The notes under the pieces were generated by a model. That model was not told where the DNA came from. It saw only the letters and a list, made by a program, of their open reading frames with translations, and ran no database searches. From assembly GCA_964649875.1 (NCBI GenBank), contig CAZYSJ010000005.1, forward strand, positions 6,757 to 70,756: a stretch of 64,000 nucleotides of DNA, given 5' to 3'. The translations under genes and the position numbers were made by a program. Of the stretch, positions 32,998-41,027 are shown one piece after another; position 1 is the stretch's first letter, and each line of letters begins with the position of its first letter. The DNA is from an uncultured Caldilineaceae bacterium. Lineage in GTDB: Bacteria > Chloroflexota > Anaerolineae > Caldilineales > Caldilineaceae.

Positions 32998-34071
32998 TTG
33001 AAAGCACTGATCATCGGCGCGGGCGCTATCGGCTGTTTGGTCGGCGGCAAGCTGGCCCAGGCCGGGCACGAGGTCACGCTGGCCGCACGCCCCGGTACGG
33101 CGGCAATCATCCGCCAACAGGGCGTCGAGATGCACGATAGCCGCGGCCGGCATCACATTACCGCCATCGCCGCCGCCGGTTCTATTGCCGCCGCCTTCCA
33201 CTTGGCCGCCTACGACCTGGCAATTTTGACCGTCAAGAGCTATGACACCGCAACGGCCCTAAACGAATTCGTGCAGGTCGCGGGCAGCGCGCCGCCGCCC
33301 GTGCTCAGCCTCCAGAATGGCGTGGGCAACGAAGAAGCCCTCGCAACCGCCCTCGGCGGCGCCAACGTGCTCGCCGGCGTGATCACGACGCCGGTCTCCG
33401 TGCTGGGGCCGGCTGTCGTCCAGGTCGACAAGCCCGCCTACACGCTCGGCCTCAGCCCGTGGCACGCAGACGCCCCTGCACCGTTGGTCGATGCAACGCA
33501 GACGGCGCTCACGCAGGCCGGCTTCAGCGTGACGCGCTACGCCGACGCGCAGAGCATGAAGTGGACCAAGCTCCTCATGAACATGATGGGCAACGCCGTC
33601 TGCGCCATTCTCGACATGACGCCCGCACAGGAAATGGCCGAAGACGTGCTCGTCGACCTGGAGATCGACGCCTGGCGCGAGGCCCTCGCCGTGATGCAAG
33701 CCGCAAACATCCGCCCCGCCAATTTGGGCGGCTACCCTTTTCGCCTGCTGGCGCCGCTGATCAGAACGCTGCCCAAGCCGCTTCTGCGCAGCGCCCTGCG
33801 CGTCAAAGCCGGCGGCGCGCGCGGCGGCAAAATGCCGAGCCTGCATATCGATCTACACAGCGGAAGGAAACAGAGCGAAGTCGCCTGGCTTAACGGCGCA
33901 GTCGCGAAAAAAGGGGAAGAAGTAGGCGTGCGTACGCCGATCAACCGTATGTTGACCGACGTTCTGCTCGGCATGATCGACGATGGAGAACGGCGCGCCC
34001 GCTGGCGGCATAATCACGCGCGCATACTGCTTGCCGCGGAGGAATACCGCTCCCGCTCAGGATACCGTTAA
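32998..34071 (+). CDS. 2-dehydropantoate 2-reductase family oxidoreductase (PanE/ApbA-like)
   Basis: MKALIIGAGAIGCLVGGKLAQAGHEVTL Rossmann N-terminus, ...KWTKLLMN.... TTG start with GAGGAG 5 nt upstream. Confidence 0.75.
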   Translation: MKALIIGAGAIGCLVGGKLAQAGHEVTLAARPGTAAIIRQQGVEMHDSRGRHHITAIAAAGSIAAAFHLAAYDLAILTVKSYDTATALNEFVQVAGSAPPPVLSLQNGVGNEEALATALGGANVLAGVITTPVSVLGPAVVQVDKPAYTLGLSPWHADAPAPLVDATQTALTQAGFSVTRYADAQSMKWTKLLMNMMGNAVCAILDMTPAQEMAEDVLVDLEIDAWREALAVMQAANIRPANLGGYPFRLLAPLIRTLPKPLLRSALRVKAGGARGGKMPSLHIDLHSGRKQSEVAWLNGAVAKKGEEVGVRTPINRMLTDVLLGMIDDGERRARWRHNHARILLAAEEYRSRSGYR

Positions 34072-35073
34072 GGTGAAACCCGGCCCCACCAGCGCGATCA
34101 AAATCAACGCCACCACAGCAAATACGGCGAACTCGATCAGCACCCGGCGGGTAAGACGTCCCTGCAAGCCGTGTTGGGCGATGCCGATCAGCAGATAGAA
34201 AATCAGCAGCAGCAACAACCCGCCGGTCAGCCCAGGCAGCACCCAATAGTTCAGCGCCCACGTTACCTCGCCCAGCACCAGCCCGACAATGCCGCCATAG
34301 ACCAGGGCGATACGCGCACGCGGCGTCACGCTGCGCAGAATTTCAATCGCCAAGAGCATCGCCGTCGCCGCCACCAAGGTGCCGGAGAGCAGGCTGCGCG
34401 TGCGCGTCTGGTATACAAACAGAAAGAGCAGCAGCGCGCTGCCATAGGCAAGCGCATCCAAGAGCAGCCTCGCCCGCCGCGAACCGGGTCTGCCCGGCTC
34501 GACTGTGGCATAGAGGCCCGCATACGCCAGCGCGATCAACGCCCCGCTCAGGGCAATGGCGACCAGTTGAATGACCGGGCTCGGCCCAAGCGGCAAGAGC
34601 AGCACGGCGATGCTGGTCAAGGCCATCGGCAGCGCCCAATACGGCCAGTTTTCCAGGCCAAACACGCTGATCCGGTCAGCATTGGCCGGATGCGCGGCGA
34701 CGACGCTCTGTGCGCCTGTCGCAGCCGTCAGCGCCAAGAAGATGGCAAACCAGATCGCGCCTGTAAAAGGCAGCGTGATCGGAGAGCCGAACGCCCAAAA
34801 GCTCACCACCGCAGTCGGCAGATCGATCACCAAACTGGCGCCGAGACCCAGCACCACCAGCCACGTCGCCACGCTGATGCGGTCGCGGTAATCCGCCCCA
34901 GGGCTGGTGCGGTTGCGCAGCGCGTGTCCAAGCTGCGCCGCCGCCGTCTGCGCCGCGCCGGTGATCTGCCGGCCGAAGCTTCTCGCCCACGCGCCTCCGC
35001 GCCCCGTTCCAAATATCCCCGCTCGCATCTGCTTCGCCGTATCGACCTCTTTACGCATCCGCCAACGCTCCAT
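34057..35073 (-). CDS. Hypothetical polytopic membrane protein (about 8 TM)
   Basis: The 338-aa ORF has regularly spaced hydrophobic helices and a basic cytoplasmic N-terminus. It is divergent from the CHAT gene. No family was recognised and the start is uncertain (35073, 35058 or 35028). Confidence 0.55.
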   Translation of the reverse strand: MERWRMRKEVDTAKQMRAGIFGTGRGGAWARSFGRQITGAAQTAAAQLGHALRNRTSPGADYRDRISVATWLVVLGLGASLVIDLPTAVVSFWAFGSPITLPFTGAIWFAIFLALTAATGAQSVVAAHPANADRISVFGLENWPYWALPMALTSIAVLLLPLGPSPVIQLVAIALSGALIALAYAGLYATVEPGRPGSRRARLLLDALAYGSALLLFLFVYQTRTRSLLSGTLVAATAMLLAIEILRSVTPRARIALVYGGIVGLVLGEVTWALNYWVLPGLTGGLLLLLIFYLLIGIAQHGLQGRLTRRVLIEFAVFAVVALILIALVGPGFTLTVS

Positions 35074-35078
35074 ACCGC

Positions 35079-35107
35079 TTGACCCGCCTAGACCGTCATG
35101 ATAAGGT
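35079..35107 (+). promoter_or_regulatory. Candidate promoter of the CHAT gene
   Basis: TTGACC (35079-35084), 17-nt spacer, TGATAAGGT (extended -10, hexamer 35102-35107). Confidence 0.35.
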
Positions 35108-35148
35108 AGGCAAAGTCATTCTAAGAGCCGGATAAAGGCCTGTCAACA

Positions 35149-36519
35149 ATGACCCGTTGCAACTTCATCGACTTCGACATCACTCTGCGCGGCGACGCCC
35201 CGCCCTATGCGGTCGCCGCCCGCTATCGCCGCCAATCGGCGCAAGGCGCTTTCGCCTGCGACATCAACCAAGGCGACTGGCCTAGCCTCGCCGGGCGCAT
35301 CGAACACACCATGTTTGCGCCCGACGCCAAACTGCTGACCGACGCAGGCGGCAAGCTTTTCACCGCGCTCATGCACGACGACGTGCGCGATCTGTGGATC
35401 GCCGCCCGTTCGGACCTGGACCAGCAGCGGATAGACGGCCTGCGCATTCGCCTCGCCTTGCACCCGCCCTCGGTCGCCGCCCTCCCCTGGGAGGCGCTCT
35501 ACGACCCGGATCGCCGCCAAGCTATCGCCGCCAACGGGCGAACGTTGCTGGTGCGCGTCGAGGACTCGCAGCGCCTCGTGCAGCCTCCGCGCCCGCTGCG
35601 CATCGCCTGGCCGCTCACCATTCTCGTCGCCGCGCCCGACGACGCCTCAGGCCAGATCAACGCCGCCGCCGAAATCCAGTCGGTCAAGCGCATGCTCGAA
35701 GGCTTCGGACCGGATCGCATCCGCGTGACGACGCTGACAGGCCGCTTTTCCGTCCTCGACCTGCGCCAGGAGTTGGATGCGCTCAAGCCCGACATCTTGC
35801 ACCTCATCACTCACGGAGGGCCGGAAGGGTTGGAACTTTGGCAGCGAGGCCGATCGGTTATGACGCCCTCCGCCTCGTTGCAGACTATTCTGGAACACGC
35901 CCCTTCGGTCAAACTGGCCTTTCTCAACGCGTGTCTAGCCGGCGCCGGCGCCGGCAACTTGCCGCTCCAAAACGTGGCCGGCCGGCTGCTGCAAGCCGGG
36001 CTGCCTGCGGTCATCGCCATGCAGTCCGAAATCCGCGACGATGCCGCCATCCACTTTGCCAAGTCCCTCTACGAAGAACTGACGGCCGGCGCCTGTCCCG
36101 GCGCAATCGACGCCGCCGTCGCCCTCGCCCGCAACAGCCTCTTCACGCTTAACCCGGGCGACTTTAGCTATGCCACGCCCGTGCTGTGGCTCAATGCCGC
36201 GGACGGACTGATCTTCACGACCGCCGGCGACCCCGGCACGCCCGTCCGCGCCGAGGAAAACGTAGCGATCAACGCCGAACGGCGCTGGCTGGTGCAGGTG
36301 GCGCAAGACGTCGACACTTCCCGCCTCCCGCCCGACCTGCGCTTTGTGGCGCGCGACTGGAAGCACACATTGAGCGATCTGCACGGCCTGTTGGACCAAC
36401 TGCGCTACGTCCAGTTGCACGGTTCCGCCAACGCCTATCAGGACAAGGCGCGGCAGTACCAAACCCGCAAAGCCGCGTTGTTGCGTCTGCAAAGCTATAT
36501 CGACGAATTGCCGAAATAA
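35149..36519 (+). CDS. CHAT-domain (caspase-fold) peptidase, stand-alone
   Basis: ALPWEALYDP...LTILVAAP...PDILHLITHGG (His222) ...VKLAFLNACLAG (Cys262) ...AVIAMQSEIRDDAAIHFAKSLYEEL is the typical CHAT/caspase His-Cys dyad context. 456 aa with a helical C-terminal tail of about 85 aa. Confidence 0.8.
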   Translation: MTRCNFIDFDITLRGDAPPYAVAARYRRQSAQGAFACDINQGDWPSLAGRIEHTMFAPDAKLLTDAGGKLFTALMHDDVRDLWIAARSDLDQQRIDGLRIRLALHPPSVAALPWEALYDPDRRQAIAANGRTLLVRVEDSQRLVQPPRPLRIAWPLTILVAAPDDASGQINAAAEIQSVKRMLEGFGPDRIRVTTLTGRFSVLDLRQELDALKPDILHLITHGGPEGLELWQRGRSVMTPSASLQTILEHAPSVKLAFLNACLAGAGAGNLPLQNVAGRLLQAGLPAVIAMQSEIRDDAAIHFAKSLYEELTAGACPGAIDAAVALARNSLFTLNPGDFSYATPVLWLNAADGLIFTTAGDPGTPVRAEENVAINAERRWLVQVAQDVDTSRLPPDLRFVARDWKHTLSDLHGLLDQLRYVQLHGSANAYQDKARQYQTRKAALLRLQSYIDELPK

Positions 36520-36560
36520 ACCGATCGACCGCATCCCTCCACCTTGCCCACAGATGGCGT

Positions 36561-39155
36561 ATGGCGCTGGCCGCCCTGCGCAGCGTGTTGTTGCTCGTTG
36601 CGCTCTGCGTCTTCAGCATCGCCGCGCTGTTGCAACTCCGCGCCGATGAGCAGACCGGCGCGGGCTTGCCTCCTGCAGACGAAGCGACCCTCGCCGGATT
36701 GCCGTTCCTGGGCATCAACATTACCCTCGAACAATCAGGTGAAGCCTCCCAAGTCGAGGCGCTCGACGAACTTCAGGCTGTGGGCTTCGGCTGGGTGCGC
36801 CAGCGCTTTGACTGGGCTGCTCTGGAGCCGGAGCCGGGCCGCTTCGACTGGGCCTGGAGCGACGCCGTCCTGCACAACATCCGCGACGCCGGCCTTGTCC
36901 CCATCGTCGTACTCGACGGCAGCCCGGCCTGGGCGCGCGCCCCGCAAGACGCCGGCCTCGACGACAATCCCCTGGCGCCGCCCGCCCACAGCGCCGACTT
37001 CGCCCGCTTCGCCGCCGCTTTCGCCCAGCGCTACGCCGCCGACGTCCGTTATTACCAAATATGGGACGAGCCGAACATCGCGCCGCACTGGGGCAATCGC
37101 TGGGTTGACCCGGTTCACTACGCCCAACTGCTCAAGGCCGCAGCGCCGTCTATCCGCCAGGCCGACCCGGATGCAGTCATCCTCCTGGCGGCGCTCGCCC
37201 CGACCGCGGACCGCGGCCATCTGGCCGTCGACGAGGTCTACTTTCTACAACGCCTCTACGCAGCCGGCGCGCAGCCCTATTTCGACGTCGCAGCCATCCA
37301 GCCCTTCGGCTTCGGCCACGCGCCGCAGGATGCGCGCGGCCAGCGCGAACTCCTCAACTTCCAGCGTGCTCGCTGGGTGCGCCGGGCTATGGTCGCAGCC
37401 GGCGACGCGCAGACACCCTTGCTCGCCGTGCGTTATGGCTGGAGCCGGCAGCCGAACTCGACCTGGGGCGCGGTAATTTCGCCCAGCCAGGCCCGCTTTG
37501 CACGCGAGGCGCTCGACATCGCCTATGCCCGCTGGCCCTGGCTGGGCGGCATGGGCTGGGCGACTTACCGCCCGGACGCGCCCGCATCCGACCCAAGCTG
37601 GGGCTTCAGCCTCAACGCCGCAACCGCGCGCGCCCTGGCCGAATGGCGGCAGACGCAGCCCGAGCGCGCCGCCGCCCTCGCCGCGCATCCCCCGCCGCGG
37701 CGCGACTGGCCGCGTTGGCTGCTGCTCCTGGCGGCGACCTGCCTGGCAAGCTGGCGGCTCGCCGCCGCCGCACGGCTCCTGCCCTGGCAGCGCTGGCAAC
37801 GCGCCTACCTGGGCTTACCGCCCGCCCGGCGCGCCGCCATCTGGCTGGCTCTGGGCGTGAGCTACTACTTCGCCGTCTGGCCGCCGCTCATCGTCCTGCT
37901 CTGGATAGCGGCTGCACTATTGATCCTGGCCGAACCGCAGACAGGCATCCGGCTGGCGGCTGCGCTGCTGCCCTTCTACTTCCGGCACAAAGAGATCCAC
38001 TGGGGCCAACTCAACCTTGCCGTGCCGCCCGCACACGCCGCGGCGCTCTGCCTCCTGCCGGCCCTAGCCCTCCACACGCGCCGCGCTCCCCGCCGCTTCG
38101 ACCGCTGGGATGCCCTGGCATTGGGCTGGCTAGGAGTTGCGCTGCTCAGCGCAACCGGCGTGTGGCATTGGCCCGCCTACGGCCGCGGCTTCGCAGACCT
38201 GGTCGCCGTCCCGCTCATCCTCTACTGGGCCGTGCGGACCTGGGCGCGCACGGCCCAACAGCGCCGTCGCATTCTGATGGCGCTGGTCGCCGGGGGCGCG
38301 CTGGCCGGTGTATGGGGGCTGATCGACTGGCTGGCAGGCGGAGGGGGCGAAGCGGACGGGATGCGCCGCCTAGCCGGCGTCGTCTACTCGCCCAACCACG
38401 CCGCGCTCTATTTGGAGCGCACCCTGTTCGCCGCCCTAGGACTGGCGCTGTATTTGAGGACGCGCCGGCGCCGGCTCTGGGCGGGCGCAGCCCTGATCGG
38501 CGGCGTCGCCCTGCTGCTCACGGGCAGCCGCGGCGCCCTACTGCTGGGCTTGCCCGCGGGCCTGATCGCACTCGCCGCTTGCACCAGCCTGCCCGCGTCG
38601 CGCAAGCTTGCTCGCCGGCCCGGTACGCTCGCCCTCGGCGCCGCCGGCACCGCGCTGACCCTCCTGCTCGTCGCCGCCGGCCTCTCATGGGAACGCCTCA
38701 GCAACAGCGCCACCCTCGTTGAGCGTACAGCCCTATGGCGACAAAGCTGGCTGCTCTGGCTGGATTACTGGGGCACGGGCGTTGGGCCGGGCGGCTTCCT
38801 GTGGCGCTTCCCCGCCTACATACCCGAAGGCGCGCCCCTCGACCCGAACCTGCAACACCCGCACAACGTCTGGCTGGAATTCGCCGCGACGGCGGGGCTG
38901 CCCGGCCTGCTCTGGCTGGGCGCGGCGATCCTCCTCACCGTCGACGGCGTCCGCCGGTCGCAACGCCTCGGTGGGACGGCGCGCAGTTGGGCGGAGGCGG
39001 GCTTGCCGGCCGCGCTCGCCGCGGCCTTCGCCCACGCCCAGGCGGACGCCTTCGCCGCACTCCCCGACCTCGCCGCCTGGAACTGGCTGGCCTTGGGCCT
39101 GCTGGCGGGCAGTCTAGCACATGACCGCCCGCCCGATCCCCATGCCGGCCAATAA
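36561..39155 (+). CDS. Fusion protein: N-terminal clan-A glycoside-hydrolase-like domain plus C-terminal O-antigen ligase/polymerase (Wzy_C-like) membrane domain
   Basis: From the in-frame ATG at 36561: signal/TM MALAALRSVLLLVALCVF, then GFGWVRQRFDWAALEP...YYQIWDEPNI (NEP-like acid/base motif). This is followed by at least 10 TM helices with LLLTGSRGALLLG and HPHNVWLEFAATAGLPG, typical of O-antigen ligase family proteins. Confidence 0.7.
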   Translation: MALAALRSVLLLVALCVFSIAALLQLRADEQTGAGLPPADEATLAGLPFLGINITLEQSGEASQVEALDELQAVGFGWVRQRFDWAALEPEPGRFDWAWSDAVLHNIRDAGLVPIVVLDGSPAWARAPQDAGLDDNPLAPPAHSADFARFAAAFAQRYAADVRYYQIWDEPNIAPHWGNRWVDPVHYAQLLKAAAPSIRQADPDAVILLAALAPTADRGHLAVDEVYFLQRLYAAGAQPYFDVAAIQPFGFGHAPQDARGQRELLNFQRARWVRRAMVAAGDAQTPLLAVRYGWSRQPNSTWGAVISPSQARFAREALDIAYARWPWLGGMGWATYRPDAPASDPSWGFSLNAATARALAEWRQTQPERAAALAAHPPPRRDWPRWLLLLAATCLASWRLAAAARLLPWQRWQRAYLGLPPARRAAIWLALGVSYYFAVWPPLIVLLWIAAALLILAEPQTGIRLAAALLPFYFRHKEIHWGQLNLAVPPAHAAALCLLPALALHTRRAPRRFDRWDALALGWLGVALLSATGVWHWPAYGRGFADLVAVPLILYWAVRTWARTAQQRRRILMALVAGGALAGVWGLIDWLAGGGGEADGMRRLAGVVYSPNHAALYLERTLFAALGLALYLRTRRRRLWAGAALIGGVALLLTGSRGALLLGLPAGLIALAACTSLPASRKLARRPGTLALGAAGTALTLLLVAAGLSWERLSNSATLVERTALWRQSWLLWLDYWGTGVGPGGFLWRFPAYIPEGAPLDPNLQHPHNVWLEFAATAGLPGLLWLGAAILLTVDGVRRSQRLGGTARSWAEAGLPAALAAAFAHAQADAFAALPDLAAWNWLALGLLAGSLAHDRPPDPHAGQ

Positions 39156-39156
39156 C

Positions 39157-39192
39157 AAAGCCGCCCCGGAAACCCGAGGCGGCTTTCGCTTT
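39157..39192. terminator. Bidirectional intrinsic terminator between convergent genes
   Basis: AAAGCCGCC(39157-39165)/GGCGGCTTT(39178-39186), a 9-bp stem with A/T runs on both sides. Confidence 0.6.
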
Positions 39193-39212
39193 CCTGTCAA
39201 CCGGCGAGGGGC

Positions 39213-40883
39213 CTACTCCAGGTTAAGCGTCACGTCGATCTGCGCCAGCGGGGCCAGCGGCAGAATCTGCTCCCGGATGAACTTCATCATCGTCGGGTCT
39301 TGCAGAACGGGAGAATCGCCCAGGAACGGCATCGCCAGGTCCAACGCGGTCGCCAGCGACTCGCCGTCGTAGTCGATGCCCAGCGCCTTCTCGCCGTCGA
39401 GCAGAATCTCAAGCTGGCTCTCGCCGCTCTTGATCTGTAGCTGCGACACGCCCTGCGCCTTCAGCACGCCCATCACCTCCGGCGGCAGCGCCGGCAAGCT
39501 CACGCCCAGTTGCGCCAGCGTATCGGCGGAGAGACCGCCGACTTGCGTAAAGCCCTGGTCGCCATAAGCAGCTTCCAGCTTGATAAACGGCACAGTCATG
39601 CCGCTGAGGTCTACGGGCTGGGCGGCCTCGGCAGGCGCGGCCTCGCCGGCAGCCTCAGGCAACTGCACGCTGACGTCGATGCCCAGATTGAGCGCCGTCC
39701 CCATCAGCGTATCCACCAGTTCGGGGCTGAGGCCGGCCAACGGGCCGACCAGTTCCGCCACCGTCTGCATCGATTCCTCGTTCCAGGTGATGGCGGGCAG
39801 CGCCCTTTCCCCGGCTGTGATCGACAGACCCTCAGGGGCCACCTGAACGCTCAGCGAATCGACATTGGCCGCGCCGAGCTTCTGCACCACGTCCGCAGGC
39901 AAGGCGATCCCTGCAGGCAGCGGCACGCCGGCGACGCTCTCAACCGTCCCGTCAGCGCCGACAGCCACCGTAATCGCGCTGAGTTGCGTCTCCGCAGCCG
40001 GCTCGCCGGTAAAGGAGATCGCCGCGCTGATGTCCGCGCCGGGCAACAACGGCACAATCTGGTTCACCATCTCCAGCATGGCCGGATCGGAGATGAACGC
40101 GCCCATTTGAGCCTGGAGGCGGCCCAAAGATGCGCTGTCATAGGCAATGCCGGGCAGCGGGTCGTCATTCAGGCTGAGGTTGATGCCGTTGGGGTGTGTG
40201 GCAATCCGCACAGCATCGACGCCCAGCGAGTTCAATATCCCCAGCGTATTGGCGTCCAACGTGGGCAGCACAGGCCCGCCGGTCAACTGCTCCAGCGTCG
40301 AAGCGGGAATGCCTTCGATAATGGCCTGCCCGTTCTCGTCAAATACCAGGCTGCCAATCGTGATCGGGCCGATAGTTGTCTCGGCAGACGTTTCCCGGCT
40401 TACCGCCGTCTCGCCCTTCCAGCGCGGGATGTCCAGCTTAGCCGTGCCATCGGCAATGGGCAGATGCAGCGCCGCGCCCAAGCCGATCTTGCGCGCCCAC
40501 GGCAACAGATTGGCGATAAGGTTCCCGTTGGGCACGCCCGGCATCGACCTGATCACCTGCTGCAAGGTTTCAGTCTTTTCCTGATCCCATTCAATGTACG
40601 GCATATCCTCGCCGTTGACATAAACATGGATGCCGTTATACCCGATCCGGGCTTCCAGCTTCTGGATATTGGCTGCCTGTAGTTGCTGGATGAGGGCCGG
40701 CTGCAACACCATGCCTATGTTGAAGCCATAAACCTTCGCCGTGCCATCCGGCTGAACAGTCACTTTGACGGACGGCAGGTTGAACCACGTCGAACCGCTG
40801 GTTCCCCCGCCGCGACCAACCAACACCAGACTGACAATGAGTGCGACAACTAAGATTATGACAATCTTTGCCCTCGCCTGCAT
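39213..40883 (-). CDS. Hypothetical signal-anchored/secreted protein with four internal repeats of about 110-130 aa
   Basis: N-terminal TM AKIVIILVVALIVSLVLV. Four repeats share the pattern P..h...L.a.gV..L.h.....Gh.h.h.ge..LP.I.Wd.eS. GGAG is the RBS. No known family was recognised. Confidence 0.65.
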   Translation of the reverse strand: MQARAKIVIILVVALIVSLVLVGRGGGTSGSTWFNLPSVKVTVQPDGTAKVYGFNIGMVLQPALIQQLQAANIQKLEARIGYNGIHVYVNGEDMPYIEWDQEKTETLQQVIRSMPGVPNGNLIANLLPWARKIGLGAALHLPIADGTAKLDIPRWKGETAVSRETSAETTIGPITIGSLVFDENGQAIIEGIPASTLEQLTGGPVLPTLDANTLGILNSLGVDAVRIATHPNGINLSLNDDPLPGIAYDSASLGRLQAQMGAFISDPAMLEMVNQIVPLLPGADISAAISFTGEPAAETQLSAITVAVGADGTVESVAGVPLPAGIALPADVVQKLGAANVDSLSVQVAPEGLSITAGERALPAITWNEESMQTVAELVGPLAGLSPELVDTLMGTALNLGIDVSVQLPEAAGEAAPAEAAQPVDLSGMTVPFIKLEAAYGDQGFTQVGGLSADTLAQLGVSLPALPPEVMGVLKAQGVSQLQIKSGESQLEILLDGEKALGIDYDGESLATALDLAMPFLGDSPVLQDPTMMKFIREQILPLAPLAQIDVTLNLE

Positions 40884-40985
40884 ATCCAGTCTCCTTTACG
40901 TACGTGTGCGTTGACAGGTAAGTGGGATGATAAGGGTTAGAAGAATAATCCCGGCAAGCTTAAAAAACTCGGAGAATTTAGCGCA

Positions 40986-41014
40986 ATCATACACCAGTTT
41001 AGGTGAACACACAA
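40986..41014 (-). promoter_or_regulatory. Candidate promoter for the repeat-protein gene
   Basis: On the minus strand: TTGTGT (41014-41009), 17-nt spacer, TATGAT (40991-40986). It lies in the murE-downstream spacer. Confidence 0.35.
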
Positions 41015-41027
41015 GCGAAATCGTCGC

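Noticed and set aside
36186-36560. Upstream extension of the ligase-fusion ORF that overlaps the CHAT gene 3' end.
   Set aside because: The extension is Arg-rich and overlaps the CHAT coding frame. The in-frame ATG at 36561 is followed at once by a signal/TM sequence.
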